Source: a virus (taxonomy: Duplodnaviria; Caudoviricetes). Taken from it: a DNA stretch of 56,853 nucleotides. Of this stretch, positions 1-8,759 are shown in pieces. Location of the stretch: positions 1 through 56,853 of the IMG/VR virus record IMGVR_UViG_3300034524_000079. One strand, written 5' to 3'. The position numbers and the translations under genes are program-made. Positions within the stretch are counted from its first letter, which is position 1. Each line of letters begins with the position of its first letter. Under the pieces are notes generated by a model. It did not search any database and had not been told where the DNA came from. It saw only the letters and a program-made list of their open reading frames with translations.

Positions 1-127
1 TCAGAGAGTTGGTACTGAGGAGTTTGCGGGACATGGTAAAAGTTAAAGTGGTGGGTGCCGACAAAAGCTAGTGGTTTATTTGCCGAAGTTTTTCAGTGTT
101 CTCTCAAAGTCTTTCAATGCTCGGTTA
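1..127. repeat. Terminal direct repeat (identical to 56727-56853); circular-assembly overlap
   Basis: Bases 1-127 (tcagagagtt...ctcggtta) recur exactly at 56727-56853. A length of 127 matches a common assembler k-mer size. Confidence 0.95.
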
Positions 128-315
128 GCATCTCTAAATTTTTTATCGGTTCCTTCTTCGTGCTCAATCGTAATTTCGCTCTTACATGAAGGGCATGTGA
201 CGGTGCTACCTTCATGCATCAACACTTTTACTTTGACTTTAAATTGATGACCGCATTCTTCATTGGGACATGTGAAGTCAACGTCTCCATCGCCAATGAG
301 TTGTTCAAGATCCAA
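76..315 (-). CDS. Small zinc-ribbon protein
   Basis: CPNEEC and CPSC motifs; GAGGA RBS upstream on the minus strand. Confidence 0.65.
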   Translation of the reverse strand: MDLEQLIGDGDVDFTCPNEECGHQFKVKVKVLMHEGSTVTCPSCKSEITIEHEEGTDKKFRDANRALKDFERTLKNFGK

Positions 316-772
316 AGATATTCCTCCTATGTCGGCACCCAGTTTACAATTTCGACACAGGAGAGGAAATACCTACCAGGAGGTGAGAAGTTGCGTAGTT
401 GGTTAAGATGCATAATCGCGGCAATCAGGTTTAAGCGTTCCTGGAACAAGAATTACTTCAAAGTTTCCCCGGAGCAACTTCTCCGGGCCGGGAAAGGAGT
501 GAGATAAATTTACTTTCTTAATGAGCACCTAATAATCACAGAAGCAAAGCTGGCCGGGTGGACGACAGGGCGACTGATATTTGACGACATCATCTACCTG
601 GAAACAGACGACGATAGCGACGATATCCCGATCACAGACGATTGTATCCTGGAAGCACTTAATGACGGCAAGTGGGAGCGCGTGACCGCTGAGGACTTAG
701 AAAAGAAAACTCCTGAGGGGTGGCCCATGTTGGGCGGGTTCACCGCCAGGTTAAAGAAAGGTGGTGGTAAGA

Positions 773-1093
773 ATGGCACTCGGTGACACGCACAAAACGG
801 AACAATTAATAGAGGACATTAAGAGATTAGGCTACCCGCAGATTATCGACTATTACCACGGCGGCAGGATTCACATGGCTGCCGATTCCCATAAAGTCAG
901 TGAGTTCGGCATCAAGCTCTTTGCAGGCAATAGTGAGTGTTTTATTTCCATCCTGAGCGCTTATCTGTTGGAGAAAGACCGGCCCGACAATGTTGTTGCC
1001 CGCTGTCGGAGATGTTATGAGGTAATGGAATATGAGGTAATGGAAAAGGAGATCGGAAAGTCAATGTTCACGCTGTACTGGCCGGAAGGATAG
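773..1093 (+). CDS. Hypothetical protein
   Basis: ORF with AAAGGTGGTGG RBS before ATG 773. Confidence 0.6.
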   Translation: MALGDTHKTEQLIEDIKRLGYPQIIDYYHGGRIHMAADSHKVSEFGIKLFAGNSECFISILSAYLLEKDRPDNVVARCRRCYEVMEYEVMEKEIGKSMFTLYWPEG

Positions 1094-1182
1094 TACCCGG
1101 CCACCGGTACCAGGCAGCCGGGATGGGGGTGAAACTGGGGCTTTCTTAATACTAATTCTAACCCGGAAGGAGGCGGAAATCT

Positions 1183-1680
1183 ATGTACAAAACGGCACGG
1201 AAACAGACCGGAATGAGCATTGAACATGCAGCTGACGCGCTTCACATTGGATACCGGACGCTAGTAAATTACGAGAACGGCCATACTACCATACCGCCGG
1301 AAATCGTCCTGGAAATGTCCCGGGTGTATAACCAACCGGCAATATGTGCAAAGCACTGCTCGGAAAACTGCCCAATCGGGCAAGTATATGCTCACTCAGT
1401 AGAAGAAAAGTGCCTGACAGAAAATGTCCTTACACTGCTTAAGGAGCTTAATGACATAAAGGGTGCTAAGGACGAATTAATTGAAATCGCTGCCGATGGA
1501 AAAATAGACAGTGACGAGAAACAGGCCTGGGACCGGATTATGAAAGAGCTGGATGATGTGGCCCGGGTGATTGAACGGATTAAGTGGCAGGCAAGGACCT
1601 GGGCAAAACAAAAACCCGCCCAGGCGCGAGTGGCTGAAGAGCGGGTTAAGTATCAGAAAAAGAAAACAGCCGCATTATAG
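1183..1680 (+). CDS. XRE-family HTH regulator with a CII-like C-terminal region
   Basis: N-terminal HTH (MSIEHAADALHIGYRTLVNYENG), CSENCPIG and IAADGKID motifs; GGAGG RBS. Confidence 0.75.
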   Translation: MYKTARKQTGMSIEHAADALHIGYRTLVNYENGHTTIPPEIVLEMSRVYNQPAICAKHCSENCPIGQVYAHSVEEKCLTENVLTLLKELNDIKGAKDELIEIAADGKIDSDEKQAWDRIMKELDDVARVIERIKWQARTWAKQKPAQARVAEERVKYQKKKTAAL

Positions 1681-1689
1681 AGCGGCCCA

Positions 1690-2010
1690 ATGCAAAATGG
1701 CTTAAGTCAGTATACCACGGGCCCCAGGCCCGGTCAAGGAGTTGATATTGTGAATAAGGCGCAGGAAGCGGCCACCGCGATCAAGGCGGCGATAGATAAG
1801 ACCAACGAAGTTATGCATTGCATCTGCATCATGGCAAACAATCATGGAGTTACCGTCCAGGTGCAAAGCCTGGATGACCTGGAGCAAGTGCCGGGCGAAG
1901 AGAGGCGGCAGCCCTTCAGCCACGATTACCCGGTTGAGGCATACAAGATGGTCGATGGCGTTAAGTTTTTCTGTTTGCTGACAGCGGAAGAAGTAAAGAA
2001 AGGTGCTTAA
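1690..2010 (+). CDS. Hypothetical protein
   Basis: Open frame in the early operon; the true start may be GTG 1750 (AAGGAG RBS). Confidence 0.55.
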   Translation: MQNGLSQYTTGPRPGQGVDIVNKAQEAATAIKAAIDKTNEVMHCICIMANNHGVTVQVQSLDDLEQVPGEERRQPFSHDYPVEAYKMVDGVKFFCLLTAEEVKKGA

Positions 2011-2017
2011 GTTTTGC

Positions 2018-2124
2018 GGGGCGGCGGCGCAAAGGTGAGCGCAGCGGAGATACCACGTGGCACACTGGACGCAAAGCCCGGGCCGGAGGTGTGCTGTGCA
2101 GGTTCGAATCCTGCCCGCCCTGCA
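2018..2124 (+). ncRNA. Atypical tRNA-like element (pseudo-tRNA)
   Basis: Acceptor GGGGCGG/CCGCCCT, D-arm GCGC-AAAGGTGA-GCGC and T-arm GCAGG-TTCGAAT-CCTGC. The anticodon arm is non-canonical and the variable arm is about 37 nt. Confidence 0.6.
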
Positions 2125-2150
2125 CAATTTTATAAATGGAGCGTGAGAGA

Positions 2151-2294
2151 ATGTACGTTTATATTCAGTCTGAGCCCGGTCTCTGGACTGTTGGTTTCTA
2201 CGACCCGAATGGGAACTGGCAACCGGAAAGCGACCACGATTCGCCAGAGAAGGCGGCAGAAAGGGTTGCTTATTTGAACGGAGGGATATCATGA
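2151..2294 (+). CDS. Small phage protein (MYVYIQSEPGLWTVGFYDPNGNWQPESDH...YLNGGIS, 47 aa)
   Basis: Hand-translated; GGAG RBS; stop overlaps the next start (ATGA). Confidence 0.7.
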   Translation: MYVYIQSEPGLWTVGFYDPNGNWQPESDHDSPEKAAERVAYLNGGIS

Positions 2295-4273
2295 AAATAC
2301 TGAGCCTTACCTTGAAAAACTTCAAAGGGATTAAGAGCTTTACCTTGGACACCAGGGGCGGAAATACTAGCGTCTATGGAGACAATGCTACAGGCAAGAC
2401 CACCCTGGCTGATGCACTGTATTGGCTCCTTTTCGATAAAGATAGCCAAAACCGCAAAGACTTTGATATAAAGACTATCACTCCCGACGGCCAGGTAGTT
2501 CACGGCCTGGAACATTCTGTTGAAGGCATTTTCGACATTGACGGTCAGAAACTCACCTTAAAGAAAGTATTTACTGAAAAATGGACCAAGAAGCGCGGTA
2601 GCGCTGAAAAGCAGTTTACTGGACACACCACCGACCACTATATTGACGGGGTGCCAGTTAAGAAAAAAGAATACACGGACCGCGTTTCTGAAATCGCTGA
2701 CGAAAGTATTTTCAAGCTACTCACATCACCCACCTACTTCAACACCCAACTCCACTGGCAGGAACGCCGCAATATTCTCCTTCAAGTTTGCGGCGATGTC
2801 AGCGACCAGGAAGTGATTGAATCAGATAAAGACCTTGCTAAGCTACCTGACATTTTACAGGGCCGCAAGCTGGAAGATCACCGCAAGGTTATAGCTGCCA
2901 GGCGCAGCGAGATCAACAAGGAGCTGGAGCGGATCCCGGTCCGTATCGATGAGGTCACACAGGGGCTGCCGGAGCTGCCGGCCGGCACCAAAACCGCCTA
3001 TGAGAACGAACTGAACATCTTGACCGAGCTGAAGAGCGGCAAGGAGCGGGAAAAGCTCCGCATTGAATCCGGCGGAGAAATCGCCGAGAAGCGCAAGGCC
3101 CTGGCCGAACTGGACGCGGAGCTGCAGGAGTTAAAGAACGGCCTACGTGCGGACATTGACGCGGGGATGGAGACTGAACGCAGCAAGATCCGGCAATACA
3201 GTAAAGAAGCCGACAATCTGAAATCTGAGATTGAGTTTCGGCAAGAATCCATAAACGGCAAGCGGAGGATGATCGAGGCTCGCAAGGCGGAAATGGACAG
3301 ACTGCGGACAGAATGGGAAACCGAAAATGCCCGCCAGTTTGAATATTCCGCGGAAGATACATGCCCGACGTGCGGCCAGACCCTGCCGGCGGAGCAGATC
3401 GAAGCTGCCCGGCAAAAAGCCCTTGAGCAATTTAATACTGCAAAAGCCGAGAAGCTGCAACGGATAAGCCATGAAGGCAAGACTCTTAAGGCCCGCGTCG
3501 AAGAGCTTGAAGCCGAGATCGCCGAAACCGAGGCAGAGATCGCGCGGCTGGAAAAAGATCTGGCCGACGCCGAAGCTGACAAGGCCGCTGCCCAGGCCCG
3601 GCTTGTAAAGCTCGAAGAACAACTCACCGCAATCGAGCAGAATGAGGAATACCAGCGGAAGCTCAAAGAGCGCCAGGCCCTAGCCGATGCCATTGCCGCC
3701 CTGGAGGCTGATAGTGGCCCCGCGCTGGAAGCCGCCCGGGCGGAGCTTGCCGAAATCGAAGAGAGGATCTCCTCCGCCCGGCTGCAGCTGCAGAAATTCG
3801 ATGACCACGCCCGCGGCCAGGCCCGCATCGAGGAACTCAAAGCACGGGAGCGCGAGCTGGCCGCAGAATTCGAATCGCTGGAGGAGGAGCTCTACTTAAC
3901 GGAGCAGTTTATTCGCTGCAAGGTCAAGCTCCTGGAGGATAAGATTAATTCCCGCTTTGAGTATGCCCGCTTTAAGCTCTTCGAGATCCAGGTCAACGGC
4001 GGAATATCTGAGTGCTGCGAGACCACCTACAAAGGCGTGCCCTACGGCAGCAGCCTCAATAATGCTGCCAGGATAAATGTCGGGCTCGACATCATAAACA
4101 CCCTGTCTGATTTTTATAACTTCTACCCGCCGATTTTCATCGACAACCGTGAGGCAGTCACCCAATTGATTGACACCCGGGCCCAGGTTATCAGCCTGGT
4201 AGTTAGCGAGCCTGACAAAGAGCTCAGAGTGGAGTACGAGAGCGACCAAATATCTCAAAGGGAGGCATCTTAA
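2291..4273 (+). CDS. Rad50/SbcC-like ABC ATPase with coiled coil (phage recombination)
   Basis: Walker A GDNATGKT, long coiled coil with central CPTCG zinc hook, C-terminal PIFIDNRE Walker B. Confidence 0.85.
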   Translation: MKILSLTLKNFKGIKSFTLDTRGGNTSVYGDNATGKTTLADALYWLLFDKDSQNRKDFDIKTITPDGQVVHGLEHSVEGIFDIDGQKLTLKKVFTEKWTKKRGSAEKQFTGHTTDHYIDGVPVKKKEYTDRVSEIADESIFKLLTSPTYFNTQLHWQERRNILLQVCGDVSDQEVIESDKDLAKLPDILQGRKLEDHRKVIAARRSEINKELERIPVRIDEVTQGLPELPAGTKTAYENELNILTELKSGKEREKLRIESGGEIAEKRKALAELDAELQELKNGLRADIDAGMETERSKIRQYSKEADNLKSEIEFRQESINGKRRMIEARKAEMDRLRTEWETENARQFEYSAEDTCPTCGQTLPAEQIEAARQKALEQFNTAKAEKLQRISHEGKTLKARVEELEAEIAETEAEIARLEKDLADAEADKAAAQARLVKLEEQLTAIEQNEEYQRKLKERQALADAIAALEADSGPALEAARAELAEIEERISSARLQLQKFDDHARGQARIEELKARERELAAEFESLEEELYLTEQFIRCKVKLLEDKINSRFEYARFKLFEIQVNGGISECCETTYKGVPYGSSLNNAARINVGLDIINTLSDFYNFYPPIFIDNREAVTQLIDTRAQVISLVVSEPDKELRVEYESDQISQREAS

Positions 4274-4274
4274 A

Positions 4275-5123
4275 TTGAGTAACAAGCCAGCAAACGCTGT
4301 TGCGCCTATGAACAAACTCAAAGCCCTTTTGAATGTCGATAGTGTCCAGGCGCAGTTTCAAAACGCGCTGAAGGAAAATGCCGGTGCTTTTATCGCTTCA
4401 ATTATTGACCTTTATGGGTCTGACCAATATTTACAGAAATGTGATCCCAACGCTGTAATCATGGAAGCGCTGAAAGCGGCCACCTTAAAGCTGCCCATCA
4501 ACAAGCAACTTGGATTTGCTTACATCGTTCCTTACAAAAAAAATGGCAAACCTATCCCTCAGTTTCAGCTTGGTTATAAGGGGTACATTCAGCTTGCAAT
4601 GAGAACCGGGCAATATAAATTCCTGAACGCCGGTACTGTTCCCGAAGGTATGGAAGTAGAGCGCGACATACTGACCGGACAAATAAAGTTCACTGGTGAG
4701 CCTACAGGCAATAATGTTCGAGGGTATTTTGCCCACATGGAGCTCCTCAACGGGTTTTCAAAAACGGTGTATATGAGCAAAGAGGAAGTAGTCGCCCATG
4801 CAAAGCGGTATAGTGCCAGCTACAACTCAAGTTCATCGGCCTGGAAAACTAACTTTGACGAAATGGCAATGAAGACAGTTACCAGAAGGCTTCTTTCCAA
4901 ATACGGTATTCTTTCCACCGATATGATATCTGCCCTTACGTCAGACCAGGACGATATTGAAAATCAGGTGGATGAAGAGATTGCCAACGAGGCAAATAAG
5001 GAAGCCATAGACGTGGAATATAACGCTTCCGATGAAGAAGGAGAAGCGCCGCAAGATGGCGGTATGGATGATGGGTACTATCAGGCCACAGGTACCGATG
5101 GTCCCACGGACCCGGGATTCTAA
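4275..5123 (+). CDS. recT: RecT-family single-strand annealing recombinase
   Basis: LGFAYIVPY, QFQLGYKGYIQLAMRTG and W...FDEMAMKT motifs; acidic tail. Confidence 0.9.
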   Translation: MSNKPANAVAPMNKLKALLNVDSVQAQFQNALKENAGAFIASIIDLYGSDQYLQKCDPNAVIMEALKAATLKLPINKQLGFAYIVPYKKNGKPIPQFQLGYKGYIQLAMRTGQYKFLNAGTVPEGMEVERDILTGQIKFTGEPTGNNVRGYFAHMELLNGFSKTVYMSKEEVVAHAKRYSASYNSSSSAWKTNFDEMAMKTVTRRLLSKYGILSTDMISALTSDQDDIENQVDEEIANEANKEAIDVEYNASDEEGEAPQDGGMDDGYYQATGTDGPTDPGF

Positions 5124-5827
5124 TGATCGAGATTACCACGTTCGCCTCCAGCAGCCGGGGTAATTGTTACCGAGTAACGGACGGAGAAACACCTTTGCTG
5201 CTAGAGTGCGGCATCCGGTACAAGGAAATACAGCGCGGTTTGCAGTTTCGGGTTTCAGAGATTGTTGGTTGCTTGATTTCACACGAACACAAAGATCACT
5301 GCAAGGCCCTGGCCGATATCACAAAAGCCGGTATTGATTGCTATATGACTAGGGGAACAACTGAGGCTTTGGGCGCTACAGGGCACCGGATAAAAATAAT
5401 TAAGCCCCGGGAACAGTTTAAGATTGGAACCTGGGCCATTCTCCCCTTGGAAATTCAGCACGATGCCGTTGAACCAGTGGGATTCTTAATGGCTAACCGG
5501 GCCGGGGATAAACTTTTATACGCCACGGACACTTACTATGTGCGGTACCGGTTCCGGGGACTAACACACATCATGGTCGAGTGCAATCACAGCAAAGATA
5601 TCCTGGAGGAAAACGTGAGGTCCGGGGCTGTACCGATAGAGCATAAAAACAGATTGCTTCGGTCGCACTTCAGCCTGGATAACGTGAAAGAATTCCTTCG
5701 AGCTAATGACCTGAGTAGGGTTCAGGAAATTCATTTGATACACCTTTCAGATGGGAACTCTGATGCTGAGCGATTTAAGCGAGAAATTCAGGAACTAACT
5801 GGAAAAGAAGTTTATGTTGCAGAGTAA
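5123..5827 (+). CDS. Metallo-beta-lactamase-fold nuclease (RecT partner exonuclease)
   Basis: SSSRGN, SHEHKDH (HxHxDH), HDA, TDT, ECNH and LIHLS motifs. Confidence 0.88.
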   Translation: MIEITTFASSSRGNCYRVTDGETPLLLECGIRYKEIQRGLQFRVSEIVGCLISHEHKDHCKALADITKAGIDCYMTRGTTEALGATGHRIKIIKPREQFKIGTWAILPLEIQHDAVEPVGFLMANRAGDKLLYATDTYYVRYRFRGLTHIMVECNHSKDILEENVRSGAVPIEHKNRLLRSHFSLDNVKEFLRANDLSRVQEIHLIHLSDGNSDAERFKREIQELTGKEVYVAE

Positions 5828-5913
5828 AGCCCCCGGCGGGACACAACACCCGCCACCAGGGCCATTTTTTGTACCCGTAGGCCCTGGTTATACCTACCAA
5901 GGGAGGCGAAATT

Positions 5914-6072
5914 GTGAAACATCGCAAGCGCTTAACGAGGAAGCAGAAGGAGATTGTGAAAGCAGCCCGGCTGAATCCAGAAAATTGGTTGAGAACAAAA
6001 GTCTTACCGGGCGAGCTGCACCTTGTTCACCGGCATACTGGTACCGTGAAGGTGTTGAGGTTGGCGGGGTAA
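5914..6072 (+). CDS. Small basic phage protein (MKHRKRLTRKQKEI...LNPENW...LHLVHRHTG)
   Basis: Hand-translated, 52 aa; GGGAGG RBS before GTG 5914. Confidence 0.65.
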   Translation: MKHRKRLTRKQKEIVKAARLNPENWLRTKVLPGELHLVHRHTGTVKVLRLAG

Positions 6073-6087
6073 GGAGGATTCAATAGT

Positions 6088-6288
6088 ATGCAGCAATCAG
6101 CAAAAGAATTTGACCGGGTAAGGATAGATGCCTTAAGAGAGAAAGTTAGCAGCCTGAGATCGGAAAACGCAAAGCTGCGGAGATTTCTAAAAGATATTTC
6201 AAATTATATCCAAAGAGAGTGTAAAGGTTGTGAAACCGGGACGGAGATCATTAGCGAGTGCACCAAGGTTTTGGGTGAGCAGAAGTGA
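6088..6288 (+). CDS. Hypothetical coiled-coil protein
   Basis: AAGGAGG RBS. Confidence 0.6.
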   Translation: MQQSAKEFDRVRIDALREKVSSLRSENAKLRRFLKDISNYIQRECKGCETGTEIISECTKVLGEQK

Positions 6289-6420
6289 CCTGCCCCAACT
6301 GCGGCCGCAAGTGCTGTCTTCTGAGCTGGGATCTGGAGCACTACCCAAACGGTTGGTGTATGAAGTGCAGGGAGGCTGAGCAATATTGTGCTACTTGCAA
6401 GGCGAGGGAGTGTGAAGCGG

Positions 6421-7062
6421 ATGCCTAACGAAAAACCGATTATTTTTTCAACTTCTATGGTGCGGGCAATTTTAGATGGGCGAAAGACGCAGACAAGAAG
6501 GGTGATTAAGCCGCAACCAAAACATCACTATGACGATAACTGCAAAAAACCTGGATGGTTTGATACAGGCGGGAATCGTTGGGCTTGTAAGGGGTGTGGT
6601 GGAGAAATTGAACCATTCACAGGGGACAGTAAAATATGTGCACCTTATCAGCCCGGCGACATCCTCTGGGTGCGGGAAACGTGGTTGAAAAATGCACCTG
6701 GGGGGATAACGAAATACTTTTATAAAGCCGACAAACACCCTGAGGAAGTAATTGGTCAAATGAATGCATTCGGTTATAAATGGCGACCATCCATCCACAT
6801 GCCCCGCAAAGCGGCCCGCTTATTCCTCCGGGTGAAAAATGTCAGGGTGGAGCGACTGCAGGATATTGCCGAAGCTGATGCAATTGCCGAGGGAATACGC
6901 CAAGTTGATTCAAGGAAATGGGAATCTAGTTTTAGGCTCGGCTGGTTTGACAGCCCAATATTGGCCTTTAAACAACTTTGGGACAGTATCAACGCTAAAC
7001 GTGGTTTTGGCTGGGAGATTAATCCTTGGGTGTGGGTTATTGATTTTGAGGTGATGAAATAA
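6421..7062 (+). CDS. Phage protein, ASCH/PUA-like family (KPIIFS..MVRAILDGRKTQTRR)
   Basis: Recognisable motifs GRKTQTRR, GDILWVRE, WRPSIHMP, VERLQDI and NPWVWVI. Confidence 0.75.
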   Translation: MPNEKPIIFSTSMVRAILDGRKTQTRRVIKPQPKHHYDDNCKKPGWFDTGGNRWACKGCGGEIEPFTGDSKICAPYQPGDILWVRETWLKNAPGGITKYFYKADKHPEEVIGQMNAFGYKWRPSIHMPRKAARLFLRVKNVRVERLQDIAEADAIAEGIRQVDSRKWESSFRLGWFDSPILAFKQLWDSINAKRGFGWEINPWVWVIDFEVMK

Positions 7063-8025
7063 ATGGGTCAAACAAAGATTGAATGGGCTGACATCAGCTG
7101 GAACCCCGTAACGGGGTGTTCCAAAATAAGCCCCGGCTGCCAGAACTGCTATGCTGAGCGCATGTCAAAGCGCCTGGCTGGGCGGTGCGGGTACCCGGCG
7201 GACGAGCCCTTTCGGGTGACCCTGCACCATGGTAGATTGAATCAGCCTTTAGGGTGGACAAAGCCAAGCAAAGTATTTGTTTGCAGTATGAGCGATTTAT
7301 TCCATGAAGACGTGCCGGATATTTTCATTATAAACGCATTAGCGGTTATGGCCGAGGCTTCGCAGCACATATTTCTCTTGTTGACCAAAAGGCCGGAGCG
7401 TATGAAGGAGATAATGACCCACGACACCATTGCTGCTGATGTTTGGTTGCAGACTTCAACCGGTGTAAGCGCCAGCCCTTTAGTGTGGCCGCTGCCCAAT
7501 GTTTGGCTAGGCGTAACTGCCGAGAATCAAGAGTATGTAAGCAAACGGGTACCTGTTCTTTTGCAGATACCGGCAGCAGCACGGTTTGTGTCAGTGGAGC
7601 CAATGTTAGGGCCGGTGGACTTGGAGAGTATACAGTTTGACCGAAATACACAAATGAATATCCTCGAAGGGTGCGGGGTGAGTTCCAGAGCGGGCGGGCA
7701 AATGATACCAAATGCTTTTTGTGAGCCATTAAACTGGGTTATTTGCGGCGGCGAGAGCGGGCCGGGGGCAAGACCGATGCATCCGGATTGGGTGCGGGAT
7801 TTAAGGGATCAGTGCCAGGCGGCTGGGGTGCCGTTTCTATTTAAACAGTGGGGTGAATATTGTCACCCCGACCAAATGCCGCCAGAAACTTACAGGCAGG
7901 TGGATGCGGCGCACAATCTATCCGGGCATGGGAATTACAATCAACCTTGGCGAGTTGGCAAAAATAAAGCCGGTCGCTTGTTGGACGGCCAAGGGTGGAA
8001 CCAGTTTCCGGAGGTGTTCCAATGA
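7063..8025 (+). CDS. Phage Gp37/Gp68 (DUF5131) family protein
   Basis: TKIEW..WNPVTGCSKISPGCQNCYA, SMSDLFH, LLTKRP, WVICGGESG and FLFKQWG motifs. Confidence 0.9.
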   Translation: MGQTKIEWADISWNPVTGCSKISPGCQNCYAERMSKRLAGRCGYPADEPFRVTLHHGRLNQPLGWTKPSKVFVCSMSDLFHEDVPDIFIINALAVMAEASQHIFLLLTKRPERMKEIMTHDTIAADVWLQTSTGVSASPLVWPLPNVWLGVTAENQEYVSKRVPVLLQIPAAARFVSVEPMLGPVDLESIQFDRNTQMNILEGCGVSSRAGGQMIPNAFCEPLNWVICGGESGPGARPMHPDWVRDLRDQCQAAGVPFLFKQWGEYCHPDQMPPETYRQVDAAHNLSGHGNYNQPWRVGKNKAGRLLDGQGWNQFPEVFQ

Positions 8026-8435
8026 AACTATACCACTTCACCCCGGAGTTCCTATTAAATCGGATCTTAAGCGAAGGTGTAACTTTGGGCAAAATACCCA
8101 TCTTAGATAGCAGCGGCAATGTAAAATCTTTTGCAACTGGCTGCCAGTGGCTGACCAGCGACGGGGGCTGGGACAAACAAAGCTGGGCCACAAGTCAGCT
8201 GATAAATTACGACCGGACGGCTTGTAGGATGATGATAAAAATACCAAAATCAAGCCGCGATAAGCTGTGCAAAGCCCATGACATTCTGGATCAGCTACCA
8301 AAGTCATCCCAGCGGCTGATAACTGACTGGCAAGGTAGTGAGAATTGGTACCTTTTTTTCGGTCGGATACCGCCGGGGTGGATTCGGCAGGTGGATAAGA
8401 AACCGGGGGATTTGAGGGAGGTTAATCATGGCTAA
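8022..8435 (+). CDS. Hypothetical protein, possible ADP-ribosyltransferase-like fold
   Basis: MKLYHFT...ILSEG, WLT and terminal GRIPP.WI pattern. Confidence 0.45.
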   Translation: MKLYHFTPEFLLNRILSEGVTLGKIPILDSSGNVKSFATGCQWLTSDGGWDKQSWATSQLINYDRTACRMMIKIPKSSRDKLCKAHDILDQLPKSSQRLITDWQGSENWYLFFGRIPPGWIRQVDKKPGDLREVNHG

Positions 8436-8589
8436 AAAGAAATGCTGCGCCTGCGGTGAGCCGGGCGCACACGATATAAAGGTGGACAAGCGGGGCACGG
8501 AAATGCCGCTATGCCCGATATGTGAGCGGATATGGGAAGCTAAGCGGGAGCAGGTGCTAAATAGCTTAAAGGAGCGGAGGACAGCATGA
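8428..8589 (+). CDS. Small zinc-finger protein
   Basis: Hand-translated, 53 aa, with CCACG and CPIC; GGGAGG RBS. Confidence 0.6.
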   Translation: MAKKKCCACGEPGAHDIKVDKRGTEMPLCPICERIWEAKREQVLNSLKERRTA

Positions 8590-8759
8590 GAGAGCCATAT
8601 ATTATTCGGGCCGAGCTTGAACTTGAGCGGGACAGGCTCATCCAGATGTTTTCTGAGCGGGGAGAAATCGACGACGAAATACTGGCGCAGTCCCAGCTGG
8701 TTGATATGCTGCACATGGAGCTAGTGAGGGCGGAGAGGGCGTTGGCCCGTGCGAGCTAA
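8586..8759 (+). CDS. Spo0E-like aspartyl-phosphate phosphatase family protein
   Basis: Hand-translated, 57 aa: ...ELERDRLIQMFSERGEIDDEILAQSQLVDML... resembles the Spo0E SQELD signature; GGAGG RBS. Confidence 0.55.
   Translation: MREPYIIRAELELERDRLIQMFSERGEIDDEILAQSQLVDMLHMELVRAERALARAS

Noticed and set aside
1-127. Biological terminal repeat
   Set aside because: The length matches an assembler k-mer overlap, it falls inside early genes, and the packaging genes are cos-type.
2014-2277. 87-aa ORF from the track
   Set aside because: Overlaps the tRNA-like structure and the better-supported 2151-2294 gene.
2998-3840. Long antisense ORFs (also 32785-33450, 15251-15907 and others)
   Set aside because: Shadow frames of well-supported sense genes, with no motifs or RBS.
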